Position numbers and translations under genes: made by a program | Source: Macrostomum lignano | Taxonomy: Eukaryota | Direction of reading: 5' to 3' | NCBI GenBank assembly: GCA_002269645.1 | Contig: NIVC01003746.1 | Location: 15,111 to 79,110 of the forward strand | DNA: 64,000 nucleotides | Shown: positions 37,196-50,042 of the stretch, one piece after another | Layout: the number at the start of each line of letters is the position of its first letter | Position numbering within the stretch: the stretch's first letter is position 1 | Notes under the pieces: model-generated | The model's database searches: none | The model's input: the letters and a program-made list of their open reading frames with translations, nothing else | Told to the model about the DNA's origin: nothing

Positions 37196-40100
37196 CTACT
37201 TGGTAACCTGGTGAATAGCGTGGGCCAGGTAAGCCACATTGTTGGACGAAATTCCGGCCACGCTGATCCGGCCATCCTTGGTCAGGTAGATGCTGAACTC
37301 TTTAATAAGCCGTTCAACCTGCTCGGGCTTGAGTCCGGTGAAGCAGAACATGCCAATCTGGTCAATAATGTGCTGCCAGTTCTTCTTGCTACCCTCTTTA
37401 GCCAGCAGCTCGGTGAGCTGGGTTCGCATCCCGATAATGCGATCGGCCATGCCCTTCACATCCGATAGCCAGGCCTGCCGCAGCTCAGGCTGGGTCAGCA
37501 CCGCGGCAGCGATTCTGGCGCCGTGCACGGGCGGATTGGAGTACATTGGCCGGATCAGGATCTTCATCTGGCTCAGTACGCGGTCGCGTTCCTCTTGCGA
37601 GTCGCAGAAGATGCTGAAAGCGCCGACTCGTTCACCGTAGAGGCCCATGTTCTTGGCGAAGCTCTGGCACAGGGCAGCAGGCAGGCCCTCCGATAGGAAG
37701 TGCCTGACAGCCCAGGCGTCCGTGTCCACGCAGCCGGAGGCGAAGCCCTGTGTTGGGATGGGGATTCTGCCATGCTGAGTGGGGATTCTGGGCCATGCTG
37801 AGTGGAGGATTCTGTGCATTTTGGTTGAGATTCTGTGCATTTTGGTTGAGATTCTGTGCATTCTGGCTGGCGATCCTGTGCATTCTGGCTGGGGATTCTG
37901 TGCATTCTGGTTGGGGATTCTGTGCATTCTGGTTGGGGATTTTGTGCATTTTGGTTGAGATTCTGTGCATTCTGACTAAAGATTCTGTGCATTCTGGCTG
38001 GCGATCCTGTGCATTCTGGCTGGTGATTCTGTGCATTCTGGCTGGGGATTCTGTGCATTCTGGTTGGGGATTCTGTGCATTCTGGTTGGGGATTTTGTGC
38101 ATTCTGGTTGGGGATTCTGTGCATTCTGGCTGGTGATTCTGTGCATTCTGGCTGGGGATTCTGTGCATTCTGGTTGGGGATTCTGTGCATTCTGGTTGGG
38201 GATTTTGTGCATTCTGGTTGGGGATTCTGTGCATTCTGACTGGGGATTCTGTGCATTCTGGTTGGGGATTCTGTGCATTCTGGTTGGGGATTTTGTGCAT
38301 TCTGGTTGGGGATTCTGTGCATTCTGGTTGAGGATTCTGTGCATTCTGACTGGGGATTCTGTGCATTCTGGTTGAGGATTCTGTGCATTCTGACTGGGGA
38401 TTGTATGTTAGAGATTTTGTGCATTCTGGACTCTGTGAAATCTGATAGCGCACCTGATAGGCCATGTCAAAGAACGGATACAGCTTCCTTCTCTTGATGA
38501 CGTCGCACAGTTCGCGCCACTGCTCCTGGCGCGGATCCACTCCAGTCGGGTTGTGCGCGCAGGCGTGCAGCAGGATGACATCGCCTTCGGGTATTTTGCT
38601 GACGTCGTCAAGGCAACCGGCGGCGTCGAAGCCGCACGTGGCCGGATCGTAATAGCGGTACTGCTTGACGGACATGCCGGCGTGGCCGAACACGGGGTTG
38701 TGATTTCCCCAGGTGGGCTTGGGGAACCACACCGTCTTGCTGGGATAGAATTTGGCAAAGAAGGCGGCGCCAATGCGCAGGGCCCCGGTGCCGCTGATGG
38801 ACTGGGCGCTGGCGTTGCGGCCCTCGCTTAGGATCGGGTTGGCGCTGCCGAGGGCCAGCTCCACCGCGGCCTTGGTGAACTCGGGCAGGCCAACGATGCC
38901 GGCGTATTCCTGCATTAGTTTGGCGTTGGAGGCCACTCGTAATGGGGCAATTCTCAAGGGGTGATTTCCAAAGAGCGACGGTCAATGCTAAAAATTGATA
39001 GTGAATTATCGGTAGGCTTTTCTCAGTGGGCGACTTTTCATGGATCATGCTTGGGCGCAACCTAAAGATTCATCCGGCCATTTCTATTGGCAACACACAC
39101 ACATTTAAGTCGCTATTGGATGGAAGTGTAGCCACGTGACTGTGTGTGTGTGTTGCCAATAGAAACGGCCGAATGATTCCCAAGGTTGCGCATGTATGTC
39201 ATGGATGATTCTCGAGTGATTCTTAGTGAGTAATTCTTTCTTAATGATTCTCAGTGAGTAATTCTTCATTAATGATTATCGGTGAGTGATTCTTCATTAA
39301 TGGTTTTCGGTGAGTGATACTTAGTGAGTGATTCTTCAATAATGATTCTCGATGGGTGATTTTTAGTGTGTGATTCTTCATTAACGATTCTAGGTGGGTG
39401 ATTTTTCAATAATTATTCTCAGTGATTGATTGTTCATTACTGATTCTCGATGAGTGATTTTTATTAATGATTCTCGATGAGTGATTCTTCATTAATGATT
39501 CTCGATGAGTGATTCTTCATTAATGATTCTCGATGAGTGATTCTTCATTAATGATTCTCGATGAGTGATTCTCAGTGGATGATTCTTCATCATTGATTCT
39601 CAATGAGTGATTATCAGTGGGTGATTCTTCATCATTGATTCTCAATGAGTGATTATCAGTGGGTGATTCTTCATGAATGATTCTTGAAGAGTGATTATCA
39701 GTGGGTGATTCTTCATTAATGATTTGACGAGTGATTTTTAGTGTGTGATTCTTCATTAATGATTCCCGATGAGTGATTCTCATCGTGTGAGATTCTTCAT
39801 TAAAGATTCTCGATGAGTGATTCTCAGTGGTTGAATCTTTATGGTTAGTTCTAAAGTAGGCGATTCTCGATAAGCGACATTTTCAAGACTCGATTCTCAA
39901 AGATCAGTTCTAAATTTGAAGGACGATTTTGAACGCAGTCTGCGGCGTCAACAGAGGTTTGGCAGAGCAAAAATGCGGCTTATTCAAATGAGCGACTCAT
40001 CAGCCCAATTCAGCAGCTAAAATGATCACAGCTGGTGCAGCTCCAGACCCACCACTAGGCAGGAGTTATTTACAGATTGCTACAAATTCGTGGGAAATTT

Positions 40101-43100
40101 TATAAGATAAAAAGCTGTCTGTTTCACCTTGTCCAGTTTCTGGGCCATCAGCTGCTCCTCAGCTTTGCGCACCGAAGGCAGCACAAATGGCTTGCCAGTG
40201 TCGTCTCTGTAGGCGCCAACGCCAAGGTTCATCTTCTTGGGATTCTTGTCCCGCTTGAACGCCTCGGTAACGCCCAGGATCGGGTCCGGTGGGCCCATCT
40301 CCACGCTGGCCCAGTGAGCCCTGGCGGCCAAAGTTTGAAGAAGCATAACTCATGATTTTTTCATTTGGAAGAGTGCCTTTCTCATTCACTTTAGTTTCTC
40401 ATTAGAATTCCAAATTTATTTAAAAATAACATGATATTTATTTTATCTATAATAGCTATAATAGCAAGTCTACATAACTTTGGCTTGAAGTTATGCTAGC
40501 CTGTATGCTGGCCTGAATAACAAGTTCAAATTCATTGAGCATACTGGAATTTATAGTAGGCCTAAGATTTTCTAGACTTTGACATGCATATTGATTAGTT
40601 GATTGATAATTAATCAATGAGTTATAAAAAAAATATATAGAAATCTATATGTCTTGTTGCCAGTGTCCATCACCAATATGTCTTATCAAAATGACTGGTA
40701 TTCCTAGTCTTTAACTATAGGGACTAGGGGCATTAAAAATCTATATTGATACATATAAGCTCATACAAGTCTTAAATTCTAGGGACTTAAGAGTTCCCTC
40801 CAATTTGAAACTGGCAGCATTCATTCATTTTTACTATCCTAACATATCAAATCAATAGCTCAATTGACCTTTTAAATCTCAGTTGAGTGGTATTAGTATT
40901 AATAGATATAGGAATTAGATAATAGGAATCAATGTGAGGGAAATATAAGAATCAATGTCAGGCAGACATTCAAAATGATTGTCTATAACTTTTAACAAAA
41001 TTGACCTGCTTCAATCATCTTTTCAGCAAATATCTAAGCAATTGTTGGGCATTGAATAAGCTTTAATTTATTTACTTCAGTAAAAATCTTTTCGAGATAC
41101 ATTGATTCAAAAATTGCTTAGCAACACTCTGATTAGACATTGCTTTACCTTTGACTAAAATTGTTTCAATTGTAGTCAGCTTAAAATCTAGTTTAAAAAA
41201 TGCTTTGATTAACTTTTTAATATCTGTATCAGCTTTAAAATGACATCTCAGCCACCACAAAAGACTACACTGATACCGAGATATTTGACACTAAACATTG
41301 CTTTGTGCAAACTCATATTTGGAAATTTTTACTGATTTTTAATCAATATTTGTTCAGCTGCTGTGTCCTTGTTTTTCATCAGAATCTTGTCAAATTCTAG
41401 TCATGTCAATACACAATGTTAGCTTTAAAATGAAATGTCAGATTTTGCAGGCTTAGGAATATCCTTCCAAACCAAAACAGTAAGATATTCATACCCTTAT
41501 CATGACCTTTTTGGCCATGGTTACCTTGATAAACACTATTTCCTCTGAGGCAAACTTGAAAACAAACTTTGCCCTTTTTTAATTATAATTAAGATGCTCA
41601 GCAACATTGTCTACCATTGCCCTTTCTTTACCCTTCCTTTACGAAAGACTAGATATGCTACCTCAAGCTGAACCCATCTATTGATGAGGTTTGCCAACCC
41701 AACAACATCACTCAGTTCATCTAGGCAACAAGATGAGCCACTTTCCTCCCTATGGAAGACCACATTGCAAAATAGGCCATAGCTAGTGAACCACCCTGAC
41801 CACCTTGCTTTTGCCTATCTTTTAGGAGCTAAAGGAATAGGCAACATTTGCCTTCTGTTGTGTCTATAGACCACCTTGCAAAGTCCTACTGCTAAGTAAA
41901 AGTAATTAAGTCAAGTCAAGCAGGATCAAATGCTAAGATGTCAAGGCTTACTCTTTACTTTATAGTAGATATATGAGGTGTGTCAGCCTGTAACAAACTG
42001 CAAATTGATATTGCATCTAAAGTTGTGCTGTAGGACTTCAGTTTTAGAACTTTTTTGACACAACTTGTAGCTATGACTAGAATTTGATGAGATTCTGATG
42101 AAAAACAAGGATATAGCAGCGAAACAAATATTGATTAAAAACCGGTAAAATTTCCAAATGTGAGTTTGCACAAAGCAATGTTTAGTATTGAATGTCTCAA
42201 CATCAGTGCAGTTTTTTGTAGTGGCTAAGGTTTCATTTTAAAGCTGACATTGCATATAGACATGAGTAAAATTTGATAAGATTCTGATAAAAAACAAGGA
42301 TATAGTAGCTAGACAAATATTGATTAAAAATCAGTAAAATTTCTGAATGTAAGTTTGTGCAAGGCAATGTTTAGCATTGAATATCTTAGCATCAAGGCAG
42401 TCTTTTGTAGTAGCTAAAAAAGCTAAGACATATAAAAAGTTAATCAAATAATTTTTTAACTATCTTTTAGGCTGCTATGATCAAAACAATTTTTGAATCA
42501 ATGCATCTCAAAAAGATTTTTACTTAAGTAAATAAATTAATGCTTACTTAATATCCAACAACTGCTTACATATTTGATGAAAAGATGGTTGAAGCAGGTA
42601 AATTTTGTTAAAAGTTATAGATGATCATTTTAAATATCTGTTTAAATATCTATTAAGAAACCTTCATATTGGAAATCAGTATATTATAGATATACTCTTG
42701 ACACAATTTAGGGTATCATGTCAAACTTTCACAAATGTACTACTGTATTCTAATTCTAAAAATGGTGTGAGGCCCTTATTGAAAAAAGAACATATTGATT
42801 TATTGCAGCTTTACATTTTCAAAACAATTATCATCATTATAAGAAAACAAGCTACTTAAGCCCATAGATTTTAAACCTACTAAATTCTAATCTTTGAAAG
42901 TAGTTTTGCCTTTACTTTATAAAAAACATATTAGCAATAATAATCATTATATTATTACATATTATAAATATTGGCAACTGTCAAGTTCCGTTCATTAAAT
43001 TATTTTGATTCCGGAAAAGTAATTTACGAACTATTTCAAATACATATAAATACTTTTAAGAGACTTAAGCCTGATTAAGCACTAATTCTATGCTTCAAAA

Positions 43101-45844
43101 CTTGTTATAATGTATCTGACATCTGAAAGCTACAACAGTTTATGGCCAGAATGTTTGAACATTTTTTGACTTGAAAAAAGGTCTATGGTTAAGTCTAAAC
43201 ATCAATGATCTTTAACAAGTTGACAAATAACAAATAAATAAAAGTAAAGTCCTAAATTTAGCAAGGCTATGCTATGCACCATGCATAGGACTTCATAAGC
43301 CCTATTTGAATATACTTAGAGGAATTATTATATCAACTGAACCCAGTGAAGCCATTTGGGCATATCATATTATGGATTTCCTATTACCATAATGTATAAA
43401 GCTTTTGCTGTTTGTTGGCAGTTTGACTAGGGGGCCTATAAACAATAATATTTTTTTGTTTCTATTTCACTTGTTTGTTAATGTTTTGGCCATAGACTAG
43501 GCTATTGTAGCTTTTTGGTGTCAGATATATTATAACAAGTTTTGAAGCATGAAACTAATGCTTGTCTCTTAAAAAAAGCTATTTATACTTAAAATAGTTT
43601 GTACAGTACTTTTTTAGAGTCAAAAAATTAACAAATAGACCTAGAACTTGACAATTGCCTAAATATTATATATTGTATAAGCTTTCTAATCTGTTTAAAT
43701 GATAATAGGCCTAGCCAATTTACATATATTGTAATAGCTTTTTATTACACTTCATTGCCCAGGGTGACTGCGCTCCAGTAACTTTTTTCTTCCCTGACTA
43801 AACTAAATTTTCCCTGACACACTAAAAGTAATAGAAGAAGCTCAGTGATAGTTGTGCACAATAATTTTATTGCAACAAACTGTTGCGCATTAAAAAGTCA
43901 GCAATGTTGAGATTAATTTAATTTGAATTGAAGTTGAAACAGCGCATGTATTGGCAATAATTTGTTTGAATTAATAATGAAAAATTAATGCACCGGAAAC
44001 TGACCACAAAAAACGTAGTGTTTGATAAAAAATTGCATGAAAAATATCAAGTACTAACTTTTATTGTATGTGGCGCACAGTAAAACAAAGTTAAGAGATG
44101 TAGCACTGTAGTTAAAATTGAGTTCAATGAGGAATCGTACCTTCAAGTGCTACAATCTCTTTCTCTACCTTCTCCACTTCTTCCTTTTTCTGTTGTGCAG
44201 CACGACGCAGTGCATTTGACTTCACGAGTAGGCTCATGTTTGAATCCGTCTCACATTGGTACACGAGGCTATCCGCATCTTTGGTGAGAACTGCAACATC
44301 AAGCAGGAGCTTCTTTTGCTTCGACTGGAGCTCCAGCACCGTTGCATCCTTCCTTTTCCTTGATTCCTCGTATTTCCGATGAGATGCTTCTGCTCGCTGC
44401 TGCTCCAACATGGCCCTGTACCTACTCCTGGCACTTCTCACACTCTTCAACATCTCCTCGGTAACTTTCGCGATGATTTCAGCGGCAGTCTTTCCCTTTT
44501 GCCACTCGTACACAAGTCGGAGAGAACGAATGCTCAATCCCTGAAGATTTGGTTCTAGGCACTCTTTGTTGACACTGAAGCCGCGCTCAACAGCAGCATT
44601 CCCATGGAAGGTTGTCAGAACCATCTTCACAATGATCTGCAAATTATTGGTACTCGTTGAATCAGTGAAGAGGGAAGCAAAGAGGACATCAAGTCGGTCT
44701 GACTTATAGTCGAATTGAGACAGCTGAAATCGATGCTCACGAACTGTAACAGTTCGAAACTGGGTGAACTCGGACTTTGCAGCGTCAGCTTCCTGTGCAG
44801 TGATGCGTCCCTTAGTGTAGGCTTCCAGGACAAGCGCATCAAAATCCGCTTGAGCCGGTGATGAGGATGGTGGGTCACTATCCAATTCTGCCACCAGCAC
44901 AGAAAAACAAAATATACACCTTTCTATTAATGGCCTGCTTAATATATTATCATAGTATGGACTATATATTTTACTGTCAGTGTGATTAGCACAGCAATTA
45001 TAGATTAGCAATATGTAGGCCTACAAGCCCATAAATTATTCATTTAAGAACAAGTATCTGCCAATTTCAAATAAATACCAGCTTTTAAAAACAAAAATAC
45101 ATGGAACAAACAAAACAGATTTACTATTCGAGCTACTTAGTGCTATCGATTAGCCGCTTTCTTGTCTCACAATTTTTTTCTTCAATTTTCTAATTTACTT
45201 TCAAATTTTCCCTGACTTCCTAAGAATTTCCCTGACTTTCCCTGACTTTCCAGACCACATTTTTTTCCCTGACTTTCCCTGACTTTCCCTGACCGCGGTC
45301 ACCCTGTTGCCAAATTGATTGTTGGCATTTTGACTATCATTGAATTGTCTATCATCAATTAGATTGTCCTGTTGCTGGATTGACTAGATACCAAAATGTA
45401 TGACCATGTCTTATAACCTAAGCCTATCCTATCTATATTCATATCCTTTGCCAAAAACCTCTATAGGCTATCTATAACTTCCCATGACCATGTCTTTATC
45501 TATAGTGGAACTCTACAAAATTGTGAAATGTTACTAGGCCTATTTTTATTATGAATAATAAATTCAACACTTTAAATGGCAATGTGAGTAATGGCATGGC
45601 AATGCTATAGAGATTTTTTGACTCTAGCAGTAAATATTAAAATTAAAAAATGCAATAGCTACAAATACAAATGGCCATGTCATCCGTTAGGCACAGGCCT
45701 AGCCAGCCCATTGAAGGCCTAAGATATTAGATAAGGGCCTAGGCCCCTAAGAGAAATGCAGACTCACTTTGTACGTGAAGCTAAAGGCATGATTCTACAT
45801 GCTTTCAGTAGAGAATAAACATTGGTTTGCACAAGCGAATTCAT
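37196..45844 (-). CDS. GOT2: Mitochondrial aspartate aminotransferase, ~425 aa
   Basis: complement(join(45768..45844, 40128..40320, 38454..38909, 37196..37747)), phases 2,0,0. Exon 1 [26 protein letters not shown] looks like a mitochondrial presequence (basic, no acidic residues); its assignment rests on phase match and is less certain than exons 2-4. Motifs: [24 protein letters not shown] lysine in [13 protein letters not shown]-terminus [11 protein letters not shown]. Confidence 0.96.
37770..38430. repeat. 22-bp minisatellite GGGGATTCTGTGCATTCTGGTT filling GOT2 intron 3
   Basis: Seen directly. Confidence 0.96.
39046..39198. mobile_element. hAT MITE (same family as 14009-14180), GOT2 intron 2
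   Basis: Same termini; perfect 8-bp TSD TCATGGAT at 39038-39045 and 39199-39206. Confidence 0.88.
39200..39850. repeat. Degenerate ~28-bp repeat GATGAGTGATTCTTCATTAATGATTCTC (GOT2 intron 2)
   Basis: Seen directly. Confidence 0.9.
40980..42620. mobile_element. Old foldback-type element: long degenerate inverted arms (~40980-41460 and ~42065-42620)
   Basis: ctataacttttaacaaaattgacctgcttcaatcatc... is mirrored by ...gatggttgaagcaggtaaattttgttaaaagttatag. An internal ~180-bp unit is also duplicated. Confidence 0.6.
43040..43650. mobile_element. Old MITE-like inverted repeat
   Basis: atgcttcaaaacttgttataatgtatctgaca is mirrored by tgtcagatatattataacaagttttgaagcat. Confidence 0.5.
43760..45306 (-). 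mobile_element. Truncated hAT-related DNA transposon with a 5-bp TSD, retaining the transposase C-terminal ORF (44124-~44890)
   Basis: TIR CAGGGTGACTGCG / CGCGGTCACCCTG; TSD TTGCC on both sides; clustered TTCCCTGAC subterminal repeats. The ORF has [22 protein letters not shown] (hAT C-terminal-like motif) followed by a coiled-coil-like tail. Confidence 0.75.
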
Positions 45845-46487
45845 TTTTGTTACAATTTTACTAACCGAAGTTAAACTTTCAGAGCGCTATTTGGTAACTT
45901 ACTGAACTGAATAACAATATAACAATGCAGTGAGTGCAATTCTTCTCCTCCTCCAGCGGCTAAAAAAGTGATTATTAGTTTTGATAGGACACAACGTCTG
46001 AAAAAAACAGAATTTTAACCATTATTAGGTAATATTTCACTTAGCATTTTCTGGATTAAACAGTATGCAAATATCAAGAATAATTTGTTTATTCATGTCA
46101 ATACAACTTTTAAAGTGTCTTCTTCTAAGAAATTTTAGTTGAAAGTTAGGACACTTGATCCCGCGAAGGCGCGAAGTCTAACTCATAGCTTGCCAGCTTG
46201 CCCTATTTTGGTTTTGACCACTTTGATCCGGTGTTGCTTTTCTAACTTTACCTGATAATGAACAGCCAGGTCTATCTACAATTAATCTGCATTATTAGCT
46301 TATCCGTTTATTCTCTCTCTCGCCTCTTTCTAATAATTTTTTATGATTATAAAATTTTTTATTAAATTATTAATTTCTTGTTAAATTTAAGAAAAAACTT
46401 AAATTTAATAAAAAGTCTCAATCAAACCCATCGGCCTCAGTCAATTTGATACAACATCCAGTCTAACATTATCTTACCAACCATCAG

Positions 46488-46890
46488 GGTAATCTTTCCT
46501 TACCCGACCGTAAATTATTTTCTAAGTTTTTTCGATTTTTTTATATTTAAAATGTAAATATTTTTATGGGCTTACGGTAAAAGCTAAAAGTCAGCATGGG
46601 TAAAAGTCAGCATGGGTAGTAGTGCCGGACCCAGTAAATGAAATTTTCAAAATGATGCTCTCTTCCCCAATGGCGCCTCCAGATAAACTCCTGGAGGTAA
46701 GTGTCAAAGAGTGCGCAAGACGTGCCACGCATCTGTCTTAGATTTATTTTAAAAAATCTTAAATTAAAAACATTTTTTTCTTTTCTTAAAATGTGCGCCC
46801 CACATATATACACAACTTCAGCCAAAAAAATTAAAAGAAACTGAAACAGGAAGCCGAAAATAATTTACGGTCGGGTAAGGAAAGATTACC
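46488..46890 (-). mobile_element. Merlin (IS1595/ISXO2-like) deletion derivative, 403 bp
   Basis: TIR GGTAATCTTTCCTTACCCGACCGTAAATTATTTT; perfect 8-bp TSD ACCATCAG. Internal peptide RGTSCALFDTYLQEFIWRR...FENFIYWVRHYYP resembles the Merlin/ISXO2 transposase C-terminus. Confidence 0.8.
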
Positions 46891-47819
46891 ACCATCAGTG
46901 CCCCCTATTAGGGAGCCAAATAAGAATAGAATAAAACTTCCTAGAATAGAATAAAGAATATACAAATTATTGACTAGGCCCTAGGGCCTAAGCTATGCTT
47001 TTTTATAAATACAACCTATATTAGCCTTCTATTCTACCCTAATAAAGGCTTAAAACTGAGTGTATAGACTATAAAATTAGTGATATTATTAAATAATTTT
47101 TAATAATTTAATACTTATTTATATGGGTCTACATCTTCTTTACTGAGCATGATAAAAAATTATGTATGAAGTTGTAATAGTTATAAATTTTTAGGCATAT
47201 GACAGGTATGACTTGCAATGGTTAAAGGTCAAAGGATATATAATGTATTTTGTACTAGGCCAAGGGGTTCCTACTTGAATTAAAACAAAGAAGCACTTAT
47301 TTCTATAATATGGTCCAGACAGCACATTGTATCATCTAATAATATTACATTTTTCATTCAACTCACATTAATAGTCCTTAATTATCTAGATATAAATGAA
47401 GTATCTATTTTCCTTTTCCAAATACTCAACTTCATTAAAAATCAAAGGTATAGCCAAGGGGGGAACACTAAGGACATGTCCCCCCCTAGAAGGGGATAAT
47501 TTTTTTATTGCCTTTGCTTTTTGCTTCAATTGCTAATATTAGAGATGAATTTATATTCCCCCCCTTGACATGAATCCTGGCTATGTGCCTGCTAAAATAA
47601 GTGGAAGGCAATCATCCATTTCTGATATAAAGAAGGATTAACACTGAATAAGGCTGCCAAATGCCTATAAATGCATTATAGTGACTATGCTCCTAATATA
47701 TCCATAGTAAGTGGATTGCCTACTTTGCTGCTAGGCAACATGACCTCAAAGATGATGTATGCAGTAAGGATCTATTGACTGTAGCAATAAAATAGAATAT
47801 AGACTATGTATAGACCCTC

Positions 47820-48605
47820 TTAGACAAGGACCAATGGCTCACATTTGATAAAATGGAGGTATCCATAGGTATCTCTTGTGGCTCTTTGGAGAAGATTGTC
47901 TATGAGGATTTGCAGATAAAGAAGCTTTCCTATGGGTCCCAAGGCTGCTAATGGCTAAGTAGAAAGGAAGAAAGATGGCCTATGTAACTATGTATATCAA
48001 TATGTTAGAGAACATGGGTGACCATTTCTGGCAATGTATCATAACTTTTGATAAAACCCCTCTGTTATATTTCCTGCCTAAGACCAAGTGCCAATGGATG
48101 CAGTAGGTGGATCCTGATGAATCTTGACTAGTTCATGCCAAGTCAGGTCCCTCTCTATTAGCAAGTTTCAACTCACTGTATTTTGGGACTATGAGGGAAT
48201 CATCCATACTGACTTCTATTCTCCAAAGACAAGTATCACCTATTATAGCACTTTGCTAAAAGAAGTATATCAGAAACTGCCCGAAGTCAGACTTGGAAAG
48301 ATCCATGGTCATTCGCTCCTCCTTTAGGACAATGCACAAGTGCACATAACATGTTTGTCTATGGCCAAAATTCGACAACTGAAGTGGCAGCTACTCCCAC
48401 ACCTAGCCCCCAGCAACTACCACCTGTTTGTATAGCTCAAAGATCCCTTGCATGATATCCACTTCATAGTAGAGGAGATTTGGGCTACTATGAAGAAAGT
48501 CAATTTTGTAGCTTCCACAAACCTGTTTTGAGGAGGGGATCAAGAAGCTGGAGTGACAATGGCAAAAGTGCATTGCATTAGATAGAGACTATGTTGAGTT
48601 ATGAC
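47820..48605 (+). pseudogene. Decayed mariner (DD34D-type) transposase
   Basis: Fragments VPRLL, VFWDYEGII, LLL*DNAQVH, APSNYHLF and WQKCIALDRDYVE, with stops and frameshifts. Confidence 0.85.
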
Positions 48606-49239
48606 ATATGTAGTATGACTGTACCTTTCACTGTTTTATCATAATAGGCATTTGTGCAGAATACATTGCATGCCCTTTGTATATAAATGATATAAAGGTA
48701 TATCTTCAGTTTTTGCTCAAATTTTTAGGCTTTTTGAATAGGCCTCTATATATTTTTAGCATCTTTGACCAATTATTTTAGCTACTAATATTTAGTATAT
48801 AAAAATAGGTTAATCACTTAATATATTAATTCATGTTCTATAATAGTATATTGTTAAAATTATATAAACCAAATTAATTAGATATAAATACTATGATCAG
48901 TTAATGATACTATTACTATAGATATGGAATAATAATCTAGCATTAATGATATAACTATGTCTTATAATAATCAATTTATTGTTATATAATATATATATGT
49001 GTTTTCAAAAACAAATTTTTGTGAGTTTATTTTCTAGCTTGCATGGCAACTTTGGTATATTATTCCCTACAACTTTGCAACATAGTTACCACCTAGCTTG
49101 ATGCACTTCTTGCATTGCTCCATCTAGTTATAAAAAGCTTAGGCATATACAACTGTTAGGAGACTCTTTACAATGTGTTCCCACTCTGCTCTTACTGTTT
49201 TGCCAACAATCTAGCTGCTTAATAAGTCCAATTTCACTT

Positions 49240-49990
49240 GAAAAATAGTCAAAAGTTGGCTAAAACTAGATCTGGTAAATATAATGGATACTTAAGTACT
49301 TTGATATGATTTCTAGCTAAAAACTCTTATCTTGGCCACTGAGTAGACTGTTGCATTGTCCCAATGGAAGAACCATTGGCCTTTGGCCAACTATGACCAT
49401 TTCTAAGCTAGTTGCTTCTTGAAAGTGGCCAACATATTCAAGATATACCTTAGTAGTTGGAATTAATTTTTGAGCTTATTGGGTCATAGTGCATATAGAT
49501 CATGCCTTGGGAGTCAAAGAAGATAAAGATTATCTGCTTCTTGTAGGACTCCTGGACTCTCACATTCATTGGTAGTTGGTACTGGAACTCTTCTTAACAG
49601 CCATTGGTGGCTTTGCTGCTTGGTCTCTAAGGTGAAAAAAGACTGGTCATCATGGATGTCTCAAAGGCTCCACTTTGCTCAAAGTGGAGCTTTTGCATAA
49701 TCTTATAGCAGCAGACTTGCTCTGCTTTCTGCTCCAGCAATAGCAGCCAAGAGACCCAGCACACTCTTCTTAGACAATCCAAGATCCATGTGTAAAATTG
49801 TGTGGACTATGCTGATAGACAGGTCAAAGTCTTTGGCTAATTCCTCAATGGTTTTGTAGTGATCAGACTCAATAGCCTCTTCTATAGCTATGGTAGTCTG
49901 CAAATTGTCTTGTTTTCTTTGCATTGAACCTGCATTAATCTTCTGTGTCCTGGCCATCATTTTCTTGACAGATGAGACAATAGATTTGCC
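49240..49990 (-). pseudogene. Second decayed mariner transposase
   Basis: IEEAIESDHYKTIEELAKDFDLSISIVHTILHMDLGLSKK (HTH), ETKQQSHQW, FHWDNA. Confidence 0.8.
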
Positions 49991-50042
49991 TCTTGGATAG
50001 CTGCTTGTCTAGGTGGGCCATGGCCAAGGCCTCTTTGATTTT

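Noticed and set aside
37632-38957. 441-aa ORF as a GOT2 variant with a repeat insertion
   Set aside because: CAG|GTGCG at 38454 and CAG|GGC at 37747 remove the repeat and restore the conserved AYQGFASG.
40321-40346. MLLQTLAAR as the GOT2 N-terminus
   Set aside because: It ends in a good acceptor (ccgccAG), and a phase-2-matched exon with a better presequence exists at 45768-45844.
44124-45011. 295-aa ORF as a host protein-coding gene nested in GOT2
   Set aside because: It is bounded by TIRs and a TSD and carries a transposase C-terminal motif; its first ~40 codons look like non-coding AT-rich sequence.
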